A stretch of 64,000 nucleotides of DNA from Mobula hypostoma (Eukaryota): positions 223,760,001-223,824,000 of the forward strand of contig NC_086097.1 in the NCBI RefSeq assembly GCF_963921235.1, in the 5' to 3' direction. A program made the translations under genes and the position numbers. Positions 23,708-34,589 of the stretch are shown piece by piece. The notes under the pieces are model-generated. The model was not told the DNA's origin and did no database searches. It saw only the letters and a program-made list of their open reading frames with translations. Each line of letters opens with the position of its first letter. The first letter of the stretch is position 1.

Positions 23708-24549
23708 CATACCCCTCATAATTTTGTTTACACCAGTCAAGTCTCTCCGAACTACTTCCACTCCAATCTCTCCTCATAACTGGAATGCTCCATTCCAGGT
23801 GGCATCCTGGTAAGTTTTCTCTGCCACCTTGAACAGTACTTTATCATAAATGTTTAATAGTATTTTAAAGATCTATTTCATTATGACGTATGTTAAAATT
23901 TAACGCGATTTTAAATCAGTTTAGGCACAGAAAATTAAGTATGCTTCGTAAAACCACTTGGATCCTATGCAACATTATTTTAATTGTATGCAGATTATTT
24001 TACAGTGAGATTTGTTGGTAAATCTGAGGCCCCTGTCGGTCAGAGTTAACCATGGATATTGTGTCCTAGCTGTCTAGATACGCAAGCCTGGGCAGTACGA
24101 TATGGAGAGCAAGCTGTTGCCCATTTAGCAAGCTTTCCCTCTCCATGCAACTGATGAACCCAAATGAACGGCAGAGACCAATACAGTTTGATACAACCAG
24201 TGTCGCAGGAGAGGCCAGTCAGCGTTGAACTCAAGGTAGGGCTGCTTTGGGACTCCCGCTTTGGACTTTCCTCTCGAGGTTTGCTCCCGAAGCCTTCCTC
24301 ATGAGTGGGTATAGCCTCAAGGCAGCAGAGGTTTGAGATCAGAGTTTTCCTTCACCTAGATGAGCTGCCAACAATGTTCCCTCTAATTTTTAGTAGTCAG
24401 TGAGCAAAAATCTTACGTGCAAATTCTTTTCCTGTGACAAAAGTATGTACACACTGAATGCACACATGGGACAGTTTATGTAGGTTTACAAAATATTTGA
24501 CATAAAACTGCACAGACTAACAACAACATAACATACATAATTAAGTCAC

Positions 24550-25024
24550 ACACACAAAAAAGTGCTGGTGAACACAGCAGGCTAGGCAGCATCTATAGGA
24601 AGAAGTACTGTCGACGTTTCGGGCCGAGACCCTTCATCAGGACTAACTGAAAGAAGAGATAGTAAGAGATTTGAAAGTGGGAGAGGGAGGGGGAGATCTG
24701 AAATGATAGGAGAAGACAGGAGGGGGAGGGATGGAGCCAAGAGCTGGACAGGTGATTGGCAAAAGGGATACAAGGCTGGAGAAGGCAGAGGAACATGGGA
24801 TGGGAGACCTAGGGAGAAAGAAAGGGGGAGGGGAACCCAGAGGATGGGCAATGAGTATGGTGAGAGGGACAGAGGGAGAAAAAAGAGAGAAAAAAAGGGG
24901 AAAGAAAAAAAATCATAACAACAATAAATAAATAAATAAATAAATAAGGGATGGGGTACGAAGGGGAGGAGGGGCATTCACGGAAGTTAGAGAAGTCAAT
25001 ATTCATGCCATCAGGTTGGAGGTA
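24550..25024 (-). mobile_element. PLE terminal fragment nested in the hAT element
   Basis: Contains the LQPDGMNIDFSNFR ORF end, a pyrimidine-rich UTR, a hammerhead and the tail. It is flanked by CATAATTAAGTCAC (24536-24549) and CATATTTAAGTCAC (25037-25050). Confidence 0.88.
24610..24643 (-). ncRNA. Minimal type-I hammerhead ribozyme motif, core intact
   Basis: The minus strand reads GUC CUGAUGA A GGG UCUCGG CCC GAAA C GUC GAC. It has the conserved CUGANGA and GAAA boxes, stem II GGG/CCC, a GUC cleavage triplet and stem I GUC/GAC. Confidence 0.8.
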
Positions 25025-26694
25025 TTTAATTTTTATCATATTTAAGTCACTCAGTTATTTTTTCTCTCTCCTGTCTTTGGCATTTACCCATTCTTTGTAA
25101 ATTCTATCTCGTCTAATAGAACTTCCATTCCATTGATAGCTTTTGATTCTCATTAACATATCCAAATGACATTCACCTAAACGGTTTCTCAGCTTGTTTT
25201 TGAGTTGATTCATTAGGCTAAAACCTTGTTCACAGTCAGCACTAGACGCAAGAAAGGTTACCCCAATGTCCAGCAACTGTGCAAGGTCACAAAACTGTTC
25301 ATTTTCAAGTACAAATGCCACCATTTGAGCAAAGTTTGAAATCGGTTTGGATTTAATTTTTTCTTGCACGGAAAATTTGAAATCATTAAACTGTCTAACT
25401 AGTACAATATTTTCAGCTAGAAAATCATGATATTTTAGACTAAGGCATTAACTTGTTCATCGCCAAATGTGAAGTCACAATCTGCAATTGCGGAGAAATC
25501 AAAAGCTGATCATTCTTGTACTTCAACTTTGATCTCCTCTGGGTTTGATCATTTTCGCTCTCGCTCATCCGCACTCAACCGTAACATGCGTAGCACTCCT
25601 GTAACGGGTAATGACGGGTTCTGTTGCCTGAGCTTTTCTACACCGTCCAAATGCGATTTACTTGCTAAATGACGCTTCAGTAAGTCAAGTTTCCAAATAT
25701 CATCCCACTTCTTTCCACTAGCAAATTCTCCAGCAACTTTTGCATCACGACAATACAAACAGATAACTCCAGTTTCCGAATCATATATAAATACTTCTCG
25801 TAGCTGAACGTTCATGACCTCATGAGCTTTCGGTGTAACAGTTTCTACTATTTTGTTAAGCCATTCAACTTTAAACAAATTTGCAGTACTTTTGCGCTTC
25901 ACGCCCTTCACTTCTTTTGAATTTGACATAGTGAATCAATATTTTTTCCAATAAGAACTTAGTAAGCCATCTACAGGATTTGAAACAGATCTTTGTAAAC
26001 TTTACGATATGAGCACTGTCCACCAAAGATGGCTGCCGCCTTGATGCAGCTGTATAAACCGGAACAGGAAAGGTGACGTAAATTAGTGACATGCATTGTG
26101 GTATTTGAAAACCCAACTAACTAGTTAACAGAAACAGTTAGCTAAAAGATTATTTTCAATAAGTATAATTACTAATTACTACATTATTTTAGGTAACTAA
26201 CCTTTTGTGCACGCATTAATTTCCTTTGTGCACTGGTTGAAAAACGTGTGTGCGTACGCACACATGCTGAGCTTAGAAGGAACTATGGCTGACAACCTCG
26301 GCTGAAGAGCCCCTTCTGCCCGAAGCAACTAGTTTTAAGGTGCCAGTAACCCACATTTGCCCCTTCTCTTGTCAGCAGAAATGATTCCGCCAGGCTTAGT
26401 TGCTAAGCCCCACATGAAGGCCAGGAGCTGGACTTGGATGTCAGAGGCTATTTGAGGCACACGGCACTGGGAGTTTTAATAGGTAGTAGGAGCTTGTCCC
26501 CATTACCAACCCTGGCTATAACAACTTCAAGGAACCAGTCGAGGTATTTTATCAGTTGATTTGCCATTATTAGTGTGGTGAATACTGAAAACAGCTTGTG
26601 GAGGAGTACTGAATCATTGGCAGAAACTGGATTATTAAGTAATATATGTGTTCTTTTGCTGCTATTTTATTTATGAATTCATTGTAAACCTGTT

Positions 26695-28080
26695 CATGAG
26701 AACAGAAGAAATAGGAGCAGGAGTCGGCCATCTGGCCCGTCAAGCCTGCTCTGCCATTCAATAAGATCACGGCCAATCTGGCCATGGACTCATCTCCACC
26801 TACCTGCCTTATCCCCATAACCCTTAATTCCCCTACAATGCAAAAGTCTATCCAGCCTTGTCTTGATTATATTTACTGAGGTAGCCTCCACTGCTTCATT
26901 GGGCAGAGAATTCCACAGTTTCACCACTCTCTGGGAAAAGCAGTTCCTCCTCATCTCCATCCTAAATATACTCTCCCAAATCTTGAAGCTATGTCCCCTA
27001 GTTCTAGATCATCTACCAGTGGAAACAACTTTCCTGCCTTTATCTTATCTATCCCATTCATAATTTTATATGTTTCTGTAACATTTCCTCTCATTCTTCC
27101 GAATTTCAGTGAGTACAGTTCCAGGCAACTCTATCTCTTCTCATAGTCTAACCCCCTCATCTCGGAAATCAACCTGTTGAACCTCCTCTGCACCGTCTCC
27201 AAAGCCAGTATATCTTTCCTCAAGTAAGGGCACCAGAACTGCATGCAGTTCTCCCGATGTGGCCTCACCAGTATCTTGTACAGTTGCAGCTATAACCTCC
27301 CTGCTCTTAAATTCAATCCCCCTGGTAATGAAAGGCTACATTCCATTTGCCTTCTTGATAGCTGGCTGCACCTGCAAACCAACCTTTCGTGATTCATGCA
27401 CAATCACTCCCAAGTCCCTCTGCACAGCAGCATGCTGCGATTTTTTTACCATAATCTGCTCTTCCATTTTCCCTTCCAAAGTGGATGACCTCGCATTTAC
27501 TAACATTGTACTCCAACTGCCAGAAACTTGCCCACTCATTTAACCTATTTATATCTCTCTGCAGACTCTCCATATCCTCTGCACAATTTGCTTTTCCACT
27601 CAATTTAGTATCATCAGCAAACTTAGATACACTACACTCGGTCCCCTCTTCCAGACGGTTAATGTATATGGTGAATAGTTGCGGGCCCAGCACTGACCCC
27701 TATGGCACACCGCTCACCACTGATCGCCAACCAGAGTAACATCCGTGTATCCTAACTCTGTGCTTTCTATTAGTTAACCAATCCTCTAACCATACTAATA
27801 CATCACATCCACCTCTATCAATCCTTATCTTATGGATGCATAGTCTTTAATTCAGCACCTTATCGAACACCTTCTGGAAATCCAAGTAAATAATGTCCAT
27901 CTCTTCCCCTCTATCCACTGCGCTCGTTATATCCTCAAAAAACTCCAGTAAGTTTGTCAAACAGGACCTGCCTTTACTGAATCTGTGCTGTGTCTGCCAG
28001 ATGGATCCATTTCTTTCCAGATGCCTCGCTATTTCTTCTTTAATGGTAGCTTCAAGCATTTTCCCAACTACAGATGTTAT
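26695..28080 (-). mobile_element. 5'-truncated CR1 LINE (RT to 3' UTR)
   Basis: TSVVGK, SCLTNLLEFF, YLDFQKVFDKV, LGPQLF and SKFADDTK motifs on the minus strand. The CR1 3' UTR is near 26700. Confidence 0.93.
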
Positions 28081-28144
28081 TTCCCCCAACTACAAATGTT
28101 ATTTTTCCCAACTGCAGATGTTATTTTCCCCAACTGCAGATGTT
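28059..28144. repeat. Four tandem 22-bp units at the CR1 5' junction
   Basis: Consensus TTTTCCCAACT(A/G)CAGATGTTAT repeated four times. The unit is the CR1 TSVVGK coding segment. Confidence 0.92.
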
Positions 28145-28874
28145 CAGGAGGGTCAAATCAGATGAGGCTTGCAGCAGTACAATTCAGAGCTCATTTAACC
28201 CGTTTTATTAAAACCTGGTCAAACACCTCAAATAAAATCTTACCAAGATGGGCTGAAGGGCCTGTTTTGTATTTTTCTATGACTCTAAATTCACGCATTA
28301 ACAAATATTACACATGATGTTAAATGAAATTGCTACGAGTGTGAGATAATATGTTCCAAACTATTGTAATCAAACAGGACCTTGGCCTGTGGTACCATGA
28401 TATACTGCTGCTGGTCTTTCTCTCCTGACAGGTTATCAATCCTGTTTGCAATTGCCTTGTAAGCTACTTTTTAAACTCAGAACACTGCTTGTTCTCTAAC
28501 TCCCAATAACTTTAGATGGAATTCCCCAAGGACATCGCTCAGGTTGTTCTGCCTTGCAAGGCGTGTGTCCCTTCCATCCCTGTAACCCTTAGCTGCAGCT
28601 GCCTCTCATTCTCTAAACAACTACACATCCTCCACAAATCACACGGTAAAATTTGAGTAATGCACCATCTGTCCTGGCCATACTGCTTTTATTCACAGTA
28701 CTCTATACAGGCATCTTTTGATTCGCACAGCAAAGATGCTGTGATTGGGCAAAAATCTTTTGAGTTTATCAGCAGTCTGAAACTTGTTAACGAATGTTTT
28801 CATTCACATTTATATTTGCAAATTGCCTGCTGAACACGGAGCTAGACATTACCAAAGTCATCTTGGTAAGGTTT

Positions 28875-29132
28875 ATTTTATTTATTTATTGAGATGCAGC
28901 CAGGGCCTTCCAGCAATCCCCTCATTTAATCCTTGTCTAACCACAGGACAATTTACAATGACCAATTAATCTACTGACCGGTTCGTCTTTGGACTGTGGG
29001 AGGAAACGGAGCACCCTGAGGAAACCCACACAGTCACAGGGAGAACGTAAAACTCCTTACGGACTGTGGTGGGAGTTTAACCCAGGTCACTGGTACAGTA
29101 AAGCACAGCGCTAATCACTACGCTACTGTGCT
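28875..29132 (-). mobile_element. V-SINE (HE1-like)
   Basis: tRNA-like head (AGCACAGTAGCGTAGTGATTAGCG on minus) plus the V-domain GGGTTTCCTCAGGGTGCTCCGTTTCCTCCCACAGTCCAAAGAC. Confidence 0.8.
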
Positions 29133-29421
29133 ACTTCTGCAGTGTCTTGTTACTTTGCTGATGTTGTCATATAGCTTGGGTCCAGATCTAAAAAAAAAGT
29201 TGTCTAAATAAACAGAGTTCAGGACTTCTCTCCAGTACAGTCTGTTTGAAAGCTCCAGTTCTGACTCCGGGCCCCAAGCACCTTGGGATAGGAGTTTTAG
29301 CCAACTCTTGGTTAATTTTGAAGTTCTCCATGTGTTATGCATTCTTGTTGCAGGGTTCTGGTGGTAACAAATCTGGATAAGATTGAGGTTTGACTTTAGA
29401 TTTAAATTAATAATAAATAAA

Positions 29422-29727
29422 GGCATCCGTTAGTCTTGCGAGACCATGGATCTGCGCCTGGAAGGTCTTCACTCTCCAGGGCGCAGGCCTGGGCAGGGTT
29501 GTATGGAAGACCAGCAGTTGCCCATGCTGCAAGTCTCCCCTCTCCACGACACCAATGTTGTCCAAGGGAAGGGCATTAGGACCCATACAGCTTGGCAGCA
29601 GTGTCGTCGCAGAGCAATGTGTGATTAAGTGCTTTGCTCAAGGACACAACACGTTGCCTCAGCTGGGGCTCGAACTCACGACCTTCAGGTCGCTAGTCCA
29701 ATGCCTTAACCACTTGGCCACGTGCCC
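29422..29727 (-). mobile_element. tRNA-derived CORE-type SINE with RTE-like 3' half
   Basis: The minus strand has an A box TGGCCAAGTGG, a B box GAGTTCGAGCC and a CORE-like GTGTCCTTGAGCAAAGCACTTAA. It ends ATCCATGGTCTCGCAAGACTAACGGATGCC followed by TTTATTTATTATTA. Confidence 0.82.
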
Positions 29728-29883
29728 AAATGTTGAATTATGTCAAATATATAGACTGGTTCCTGCTGGTATCTAGCAGGCTGTAATCGGTAAGAACAGG
29801 TTGCAACATCACTGTCACAATTATTTTTAACACTGATGCCCTACAAGGCCGCATCCTCAGTGCCCCTACTCTACTCCCAATAC

Positions 29884-29963
29884 CAGGGGTTCCCAGACTT
29901 TTTTATGCCATCTAGCATTACCGTTAACCGAGGGGTCTATGGGCCCCAGGTTGTGAACTTCTG
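29884..29963. mobile_element. ~80-bp hAT-type MITE
   Basis: TIRs CAGGGGTTCCC / GTGAACTTCTG, with 8-bp TSD CCCAATAC / CCCTATAC. Confidence 0.75.
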
Positions 29964-30237
29964 CCCTATACATTCACGACTGTGAGGCTAGAACCTGCTC
30001 CAACCCCATCTATAAGCCTGCAGATGATAACACTGCAGTGGGCTGTGTTTGAAATAACGATGAGTCAAAATTCAGGAAGAAGGATGAGAGCCTGATGTCA
30101 GGACAAGGACCTTTCCTTCAATGTCAGCCAAACAAAGGAGCTACTCATTGACATACGGAAATGGTGTGGTGAAGGGGTGCAGTGCACGTGCTCCTGTTTA
30201 CAGCAAAGGTGCTGTAAAGGTGATTGTTGAGTGTTTC

Positions 30238-30478
30238 TGTTATGTTTTGTAACTTCAAAACATTCAACTAATTCAGAGGAAGACAAGGGAGTCTGACATT
30301 TGAGTCTAACTTCGGGTTTACTTTTAGCAAGGCGCGCACATATCACGTGGTAGCATGATGATCTCTGCAATTTACACATTTTTACATACAACTCATAATG
30401 AATTACTTAAATGAATAGGAATGCTTACACTATATATATACACACACACAAGATTTCTCAAATATTAAATACACAACA
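30238..30478 (-). mobile_element. Solo LTR (241 bp) of the Gypsy family at 17614, with 5-bp TSD GTTTC
   Basis: TG...CA termini, with GTTTC at 30233-30237 and 30479-30483. The reverse complement matches both ends of the 17614-17855 LTR. Confidence 0.92.
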
Positions 30479-31099
30479 GTTTCAAGTTCCAAGATGCGAC
30501 CATCACCAAAAGCCTGTCCTGAGATCTCTGAGACCAAAAGATCTTGGAGGATCTAACCTGATTCCAACATAGTTGTACTGTGGAGAGCATTCTGACAGGT
30601 GGCATCACTGTCTGGTATGGAGGGGCTACTGCACAGGACTGAAAGAAGCTACAGAAGATTGTAAATCTAGTCAGCTCCATCTTGGGTACAAGCCTACAAA
30701 GCACCCAGGACATCTTTAGGGAGCGGTGTCTCAGAAAGGTAGCGTCCATTATTAAAGACCTCCAGCACCCAGGGCATGCCCTTTTCTCACTGTTACCATC
30801 AGGTAGGAGGTACAGAAGCCTGAAGGCACACACTCAGCGATTCAGGAACAACTTCTTCCCCTCCGCCATCCGATTCCTAAATGGACATTGATTCTTTGGA
30901 CACCACCTCACTTTTTTTTAATATGCAGTGTTTCTGTTTTTGCACTTTTTAAAATCTATTCAATATACGTCATTGATTTACTTGTTTATTTGTTTATTTT
31001 TTTTTCTCTGCTAGATTATGTATTGCATTGAACTGCTGCTGCTAAGTTAACAAATTTCACTTCATATGCTGGTGATAATAAACCTGATTCTGATTCCTA

Positions 31100-31675
31100 C
31101 TATGTAGATGCCATGCCCTACAGTAGAAGACTCACTAATGCCTCTCCTTCATCAGAAGGCTAAATAAATTTAGCATGTCCCCTTTGACCCTCTCCAATTT
31201 TATCAATATACTTTACAAAGCATTCTATCCAGATGTATCATGACCTTGTATGATAGCTGCCCTACTTGTGACAGGCTGAAACTGCAGAAGATTGTGGACA
31301 CAGCTCAACACATCACAGAAATCAGCCTCTCTCTGTTGACTCTCTACACTTCTCACTGTCTTGATAAAGCAGCTAACATAATCAAAGTTCCCACCCACAC
31401 CAGGTATTCTCTCTTCTCCATCTCTCCAACAGGCTCTAAAACCTTCTAGTATGATCTCATTTGTCTGTTGACCACCCAGTCTAACTACTTATAGACTTGC
31501 ATCTTATTCTCTACCTGCACTGCACCTTCTCTCTAATTGTAATACTTTATTCTGCATTCTGTTATTGTTTTCACCTTGAACTACCACAATGCATTGTTGC
31601 AATGAAAAGATCTCAATGGACAAATTTTTTCACTGTACTTTGGTGCATGTGACTATAATAAACAAACTTACCAAC
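31100..31675 (+). mobile_element. Degenerate Rex1-type LINE 3' end
   Basis: DRLKLQKIVDTAQHIT...KAANIIKVPTH...SLFS. Confidence 0.75.
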
Positions 31676-32043
31676 TTTATTTAAGTTTGCTGTTTGCTTA
31701 TTACAATTTTACAGAGCATATAGTTCAAAAAATCTTTCTTGAAATCGAAGATCTGTTTGCAGCAAGTATACAGTAAATCTTGAAATTGTCCTTGTTCATT
31801 CATGTCTAATTACATGCCAGTTTTTCAGAAAGCACTAATTTGATGGAAAAATGGAGGCGGGGGCAGTTTTCATCAGTTAATGTGTAAAAGCACATTGCTG
31901 AACTCTTCAAGGGATCTTTACACCATTCCCTACTGAATAGTCTGTGCTAAACCAGGTCTTCATTTAAATGATCACTTGTGAGATGCAATTTTTAAAATGC
32001 ACGAGGCATTGTGTTCTAGGATCAATTAACTTTAAATCTACTA

Positions 32044-32124
32044 TAGGGGGTCCCAACTTGGGGTATACAGACCTCTTGGCTAATGGTAGGGGTCCATGGC
32101 ATAAAGAAGGTTGGAAACCCCCTG
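32044..32124. mobile_element. ~80-bp hAT-type MITE
   Basis: TIRs TAGGGGGTCCCAAC / GTTGGAAACCCCTG, with flanks ATCTACTA / GTCTAGTA. Confidence 0.78.
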
Positions 32125-32599
32125 GTCTAGTAGGAGAACTAAACAAATGGAGTGATTCTTTCTCCCTGAACACAGATTTAGGGAATAACTAGTGTGCAAC
32201 TATTGTGATGGATATTCACTGTTCAAGCCTGGGGAGTCTTTTTGCCAAGCTTGGCTTTCTACCACAGCAGCTAACTTGCTATTTTGAATGTGCTGTATAT
32301 GTTTTCCATCTTGACCCTAGAGAAATGCTGTTTCGTTTGGCTGTATTCTTAGATGGTTGAATGACAATTAAACCTGGATTTGAGTTGATTGGTTCTGAAC
32401 ATGTCATCACATAGCTTGGCTTCTTACACACACACATGAATCTTGATACCTAAAGGTAGGAGAATGGACCAGCGCAATGACTTCTGCCTCTGTCAATCTT
32501 TCTTTAGTTCACTTTCTCTTTGACAGTTACTGGAACGTGTCTTGGAGGAGGTGCCACCATTATTTGCCCTCCCCTAATTAAATACTTTCCCATACAGTC

Positions 32600-32770
32600 T
32601 GCTAATACCATTGCCTAAGGATATGGTAAAGGTCAGGGAATTGTGGTCATTGTCTCTGATATGCTCACCCACCTAGAGATCTGTCGCCTGACCACTTTCA
32701 TTGCCCCCTACGAGATCCGGTATGGCCTCTTCTTTAGTCGACGGGTCTATATAGCGTGTCAAGAATCCTC
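32600..32770 (-). mobile_element. CR1 endonuclease fragment
   Basis: The minus strand reads GFLTRYIDPSTKEEAIPDLVGGNESGQATDL*VGEHIRDNDHN. Confidence 0.7.
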
Positions 32771-32837
32771 CCTAGAATAGGAAGAATATTTTCACCCAGA
32801 GAGTGTTTGTAGTTCAGAAGCAGAGACTCCTGTGAAA

Positions 32838-33209
32838 CATATAAGATTATTAAGGGATTGGACATGCTAGAGGCAGGAAACATGTTCCCGATGTTGGGGG
32901 AGTCCAGAACCAGAGGCCACAGTTTAAGAATAAGGGGTAGACCATTTAGAATGGAGTTGAGGAAAAAATTTTTCTCACAGAGGGTTGTGGATTTGTGGAA
33001 TGCTCTGTCTCAGAAGGCAGTGGAGGCCAATTCTCTGGATTCTTTCAAGAAAGAGTTAGATAGAGCTTTTAAAGGTAGTGGAGTCAAGGGATATGGGGAA
33101 AAGGCAGAAACATGGTACTGATTGTGGATGATCAGCCATGATCACAGTGAATGGTGGCGCTGGCTCGAAGGGCCGAATGGCCTACTCCTGCTCCTATTGT
33201 CTATTGTCT
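32838..33209 (+). mobile_element. CR1 3' end
   Basis: YKIIKGLD...TRGHSLRIRG...FFSQRVVDLWNAL, with terminal (CTATTGT)2. Confidence 0.9.
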
Positions 33210-33599
33210 CTTGTCAGCTGACACTTCCAGTGATCAAACAGTTGTTTTTGATTAAGTTAAACTTACAACCAATATTTCTTGCTCAGCTTCTTGCCATGAG
33301 CAGGAGCCGCCCTTCAGTCCTTAAATTATAAGCAATAATCAGTCTGAAGATAGAAGGACAGCATTGCAAACAACACTGGCCCACAGCATGGGGCTGGCTA
33401 CTCAAGAGATGCAGTGTAAAACAATTGGGTTGTGTTGATCGGGCCTGCATCAAACCAGACAACACTGGCTAAGTTATTCAGTTCAAGGAAGTTTGCAGAG
33501 CAGACTGATACTATCACTTAGCACATCAAATAGCTGATCTATCAATAGTTGGGAGATTTGTGTACTCAGAGAGTCATCCCTCACAGCATTAATTCTGGG

Positions 33600-33822
33600 T
33601 GTTTGGGATCATTAGCATAATGCTGTTACAGCACCGATGGCCTAGGTTCAGTTCTGCCACTGTCACATTTTCCTTGTTACTGCATGGGTTTCCTCTGGAT
33701 GCTCTGGTTTCCTCCCACATTCCAAAGACACACAGGTTAATTGGTCACATGGGTGCAAGTGGGTGGTACAGGCTCATTGGGATGGAAGAGTCTGTTGCTG
33801 TGCGGCATTTCTAAATAAATAA
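33600..33822 (+). mobile_element. Degenerate V-SINE
   Basis: V-domain GGGTTTCCTCTGGATGCTCTGGTTTCCTCCCACATTCCAAAGAC with a TAAA tail. Confidence 0.7.
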
Positions 33823-33884
33823 AAATCAATAAATGTCATCACCTCTTCAAAAATTCTATGTGTCTATACTTAGATTCTGTAAAT

Positions 33885-33962
33885 CGGGTTCACAATCTTT
33901 TTTATGCCATGGACCCCTATCATTAACCAAGGGGTCTGTGGACTCCATCTTGGGAGCCCCTG
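33885..33962. mobile_element. ~80-bp hAT-type MITE
   Basis: Homologous to the 29884 and 32044 copies, with flanks CTGTAAAT / CTGTCGAT. Confidence 0.7.
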
Positions 33963-34589
33963 CTGTCGATAGACTTTGAGAACATGTTTGATAAAGCCCT
34001 TCACAAGTGACTTTCTGCCAAAATTGAAGTTCATAGCTGAAGTTAAATTATTGATGTGACTAGGAAAATAGCCTGGCAGATTAGAGACATGCATATCTAA
34101 GTTGCCAATATTAGAAAAAATGTGAAGAATATTATCATAGTAGAGGAAAGTATCAAATTACAAAAAGGGATGTTGATAGATTGTACAAGTCTGCAAGGCA
34201 GTAACAAGGCAACTCATTTTAATATAAAATAACTGCCTGAAAGCGGAATGCGAAATTGTGAAAAGATAGAGACCATAGAAATCCAGAGAGCTGGATCTAC
34301 TCATGTTCTCTGTGTATCCATATTTAAAGGCTGGATAAGTAGTGAATACAATTAAAAGATGAATGAAATGCTGAGCCTTGTAATTGGAGATCTAGAATTC
34401 AAGTGAGTCGAAGTTATCTTACATCAGTGCAAAACTCGTTAGTTGGAATATGGTGAGCTGTTTCAGGCAGCACACTTTGGAAAGGTTAAATTGACCTTGA
34501 AATTACTTGATGATACGTTCAGATCTTAAATTATTTATTGTTCAGTTCTCATTATTAATATGATATATGTTGTTAATTTGTCTCATTTG

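Larger units (their letters stand above)
24372..26287 (-). mobile_element. Internally deleted hAT transposon (ZNF862-like transposase remnants)
   Basis: Imperfect 15-bp TIRs CAATGTTCCCTCTAA / TTAGAAGGAACTATG, with an 8-bp TSD GCTGCCAA / GCTGACAA. The N-terminal zinc-finger-like ORF is 25549-25929 (CLYC...LKRHLASKSH). The hATC dimerisation ORF is 25055-25369 (SSADCEQGFSLMNQLKNKLRNRL). Confidence 0.9.
24025..26538 (-). mobile_element. Non-autonomous RTE-clade derivative (~600 bp, 5' UTR-like part plus 3' tail, no ORF), split by a hAT insertion
   Basis: Joining 26538-26296 to 24371-24025 gives GGGCAGAAGGGGCTCTTCAGCC...TTGGCAGCTCATCTAGGTGAAGGAAAACTCTGA, resembling RTE 5' UTRs. The end ATCCATGGTTAACTCTGACCGACAGGGGCC resembles RTE 3' tails. 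Confidence 0.6.
29770..31097 (+). mobile_element. Rex1/Babar LINE 3' part, interrupted by a hAT MITE and a solo LTR
   Basis: Motifs ADDNTAVG, NVSQTKELLID and IIKDLQHPGHALFSLLPSGRRYRSLKAHTQRFRNNFFPSAIRFLN. The tail is AATAAACCTGATTCTGATTC. Confidence 0.88.

Noticed and set aside
25055..25929. Possible domesticated ZNF862-like host gene
   Set aside because: It is bounded by TIRs and an 8-bp TSD and lacks the catalytic core, so it is a transposon remnant.
28059..28144. Short repeat array as a possible CRISPR
   Set aside because: There are no spacers or cas genes, the context is eukaryotic, and the unit is CR1 coding sequence.
29650..29727. tRNA-like sequence
   Set aside because: It has no closing acceptor stem and continues into a CORE-like domain, so it is a SINE head rather than a tRNA gene.
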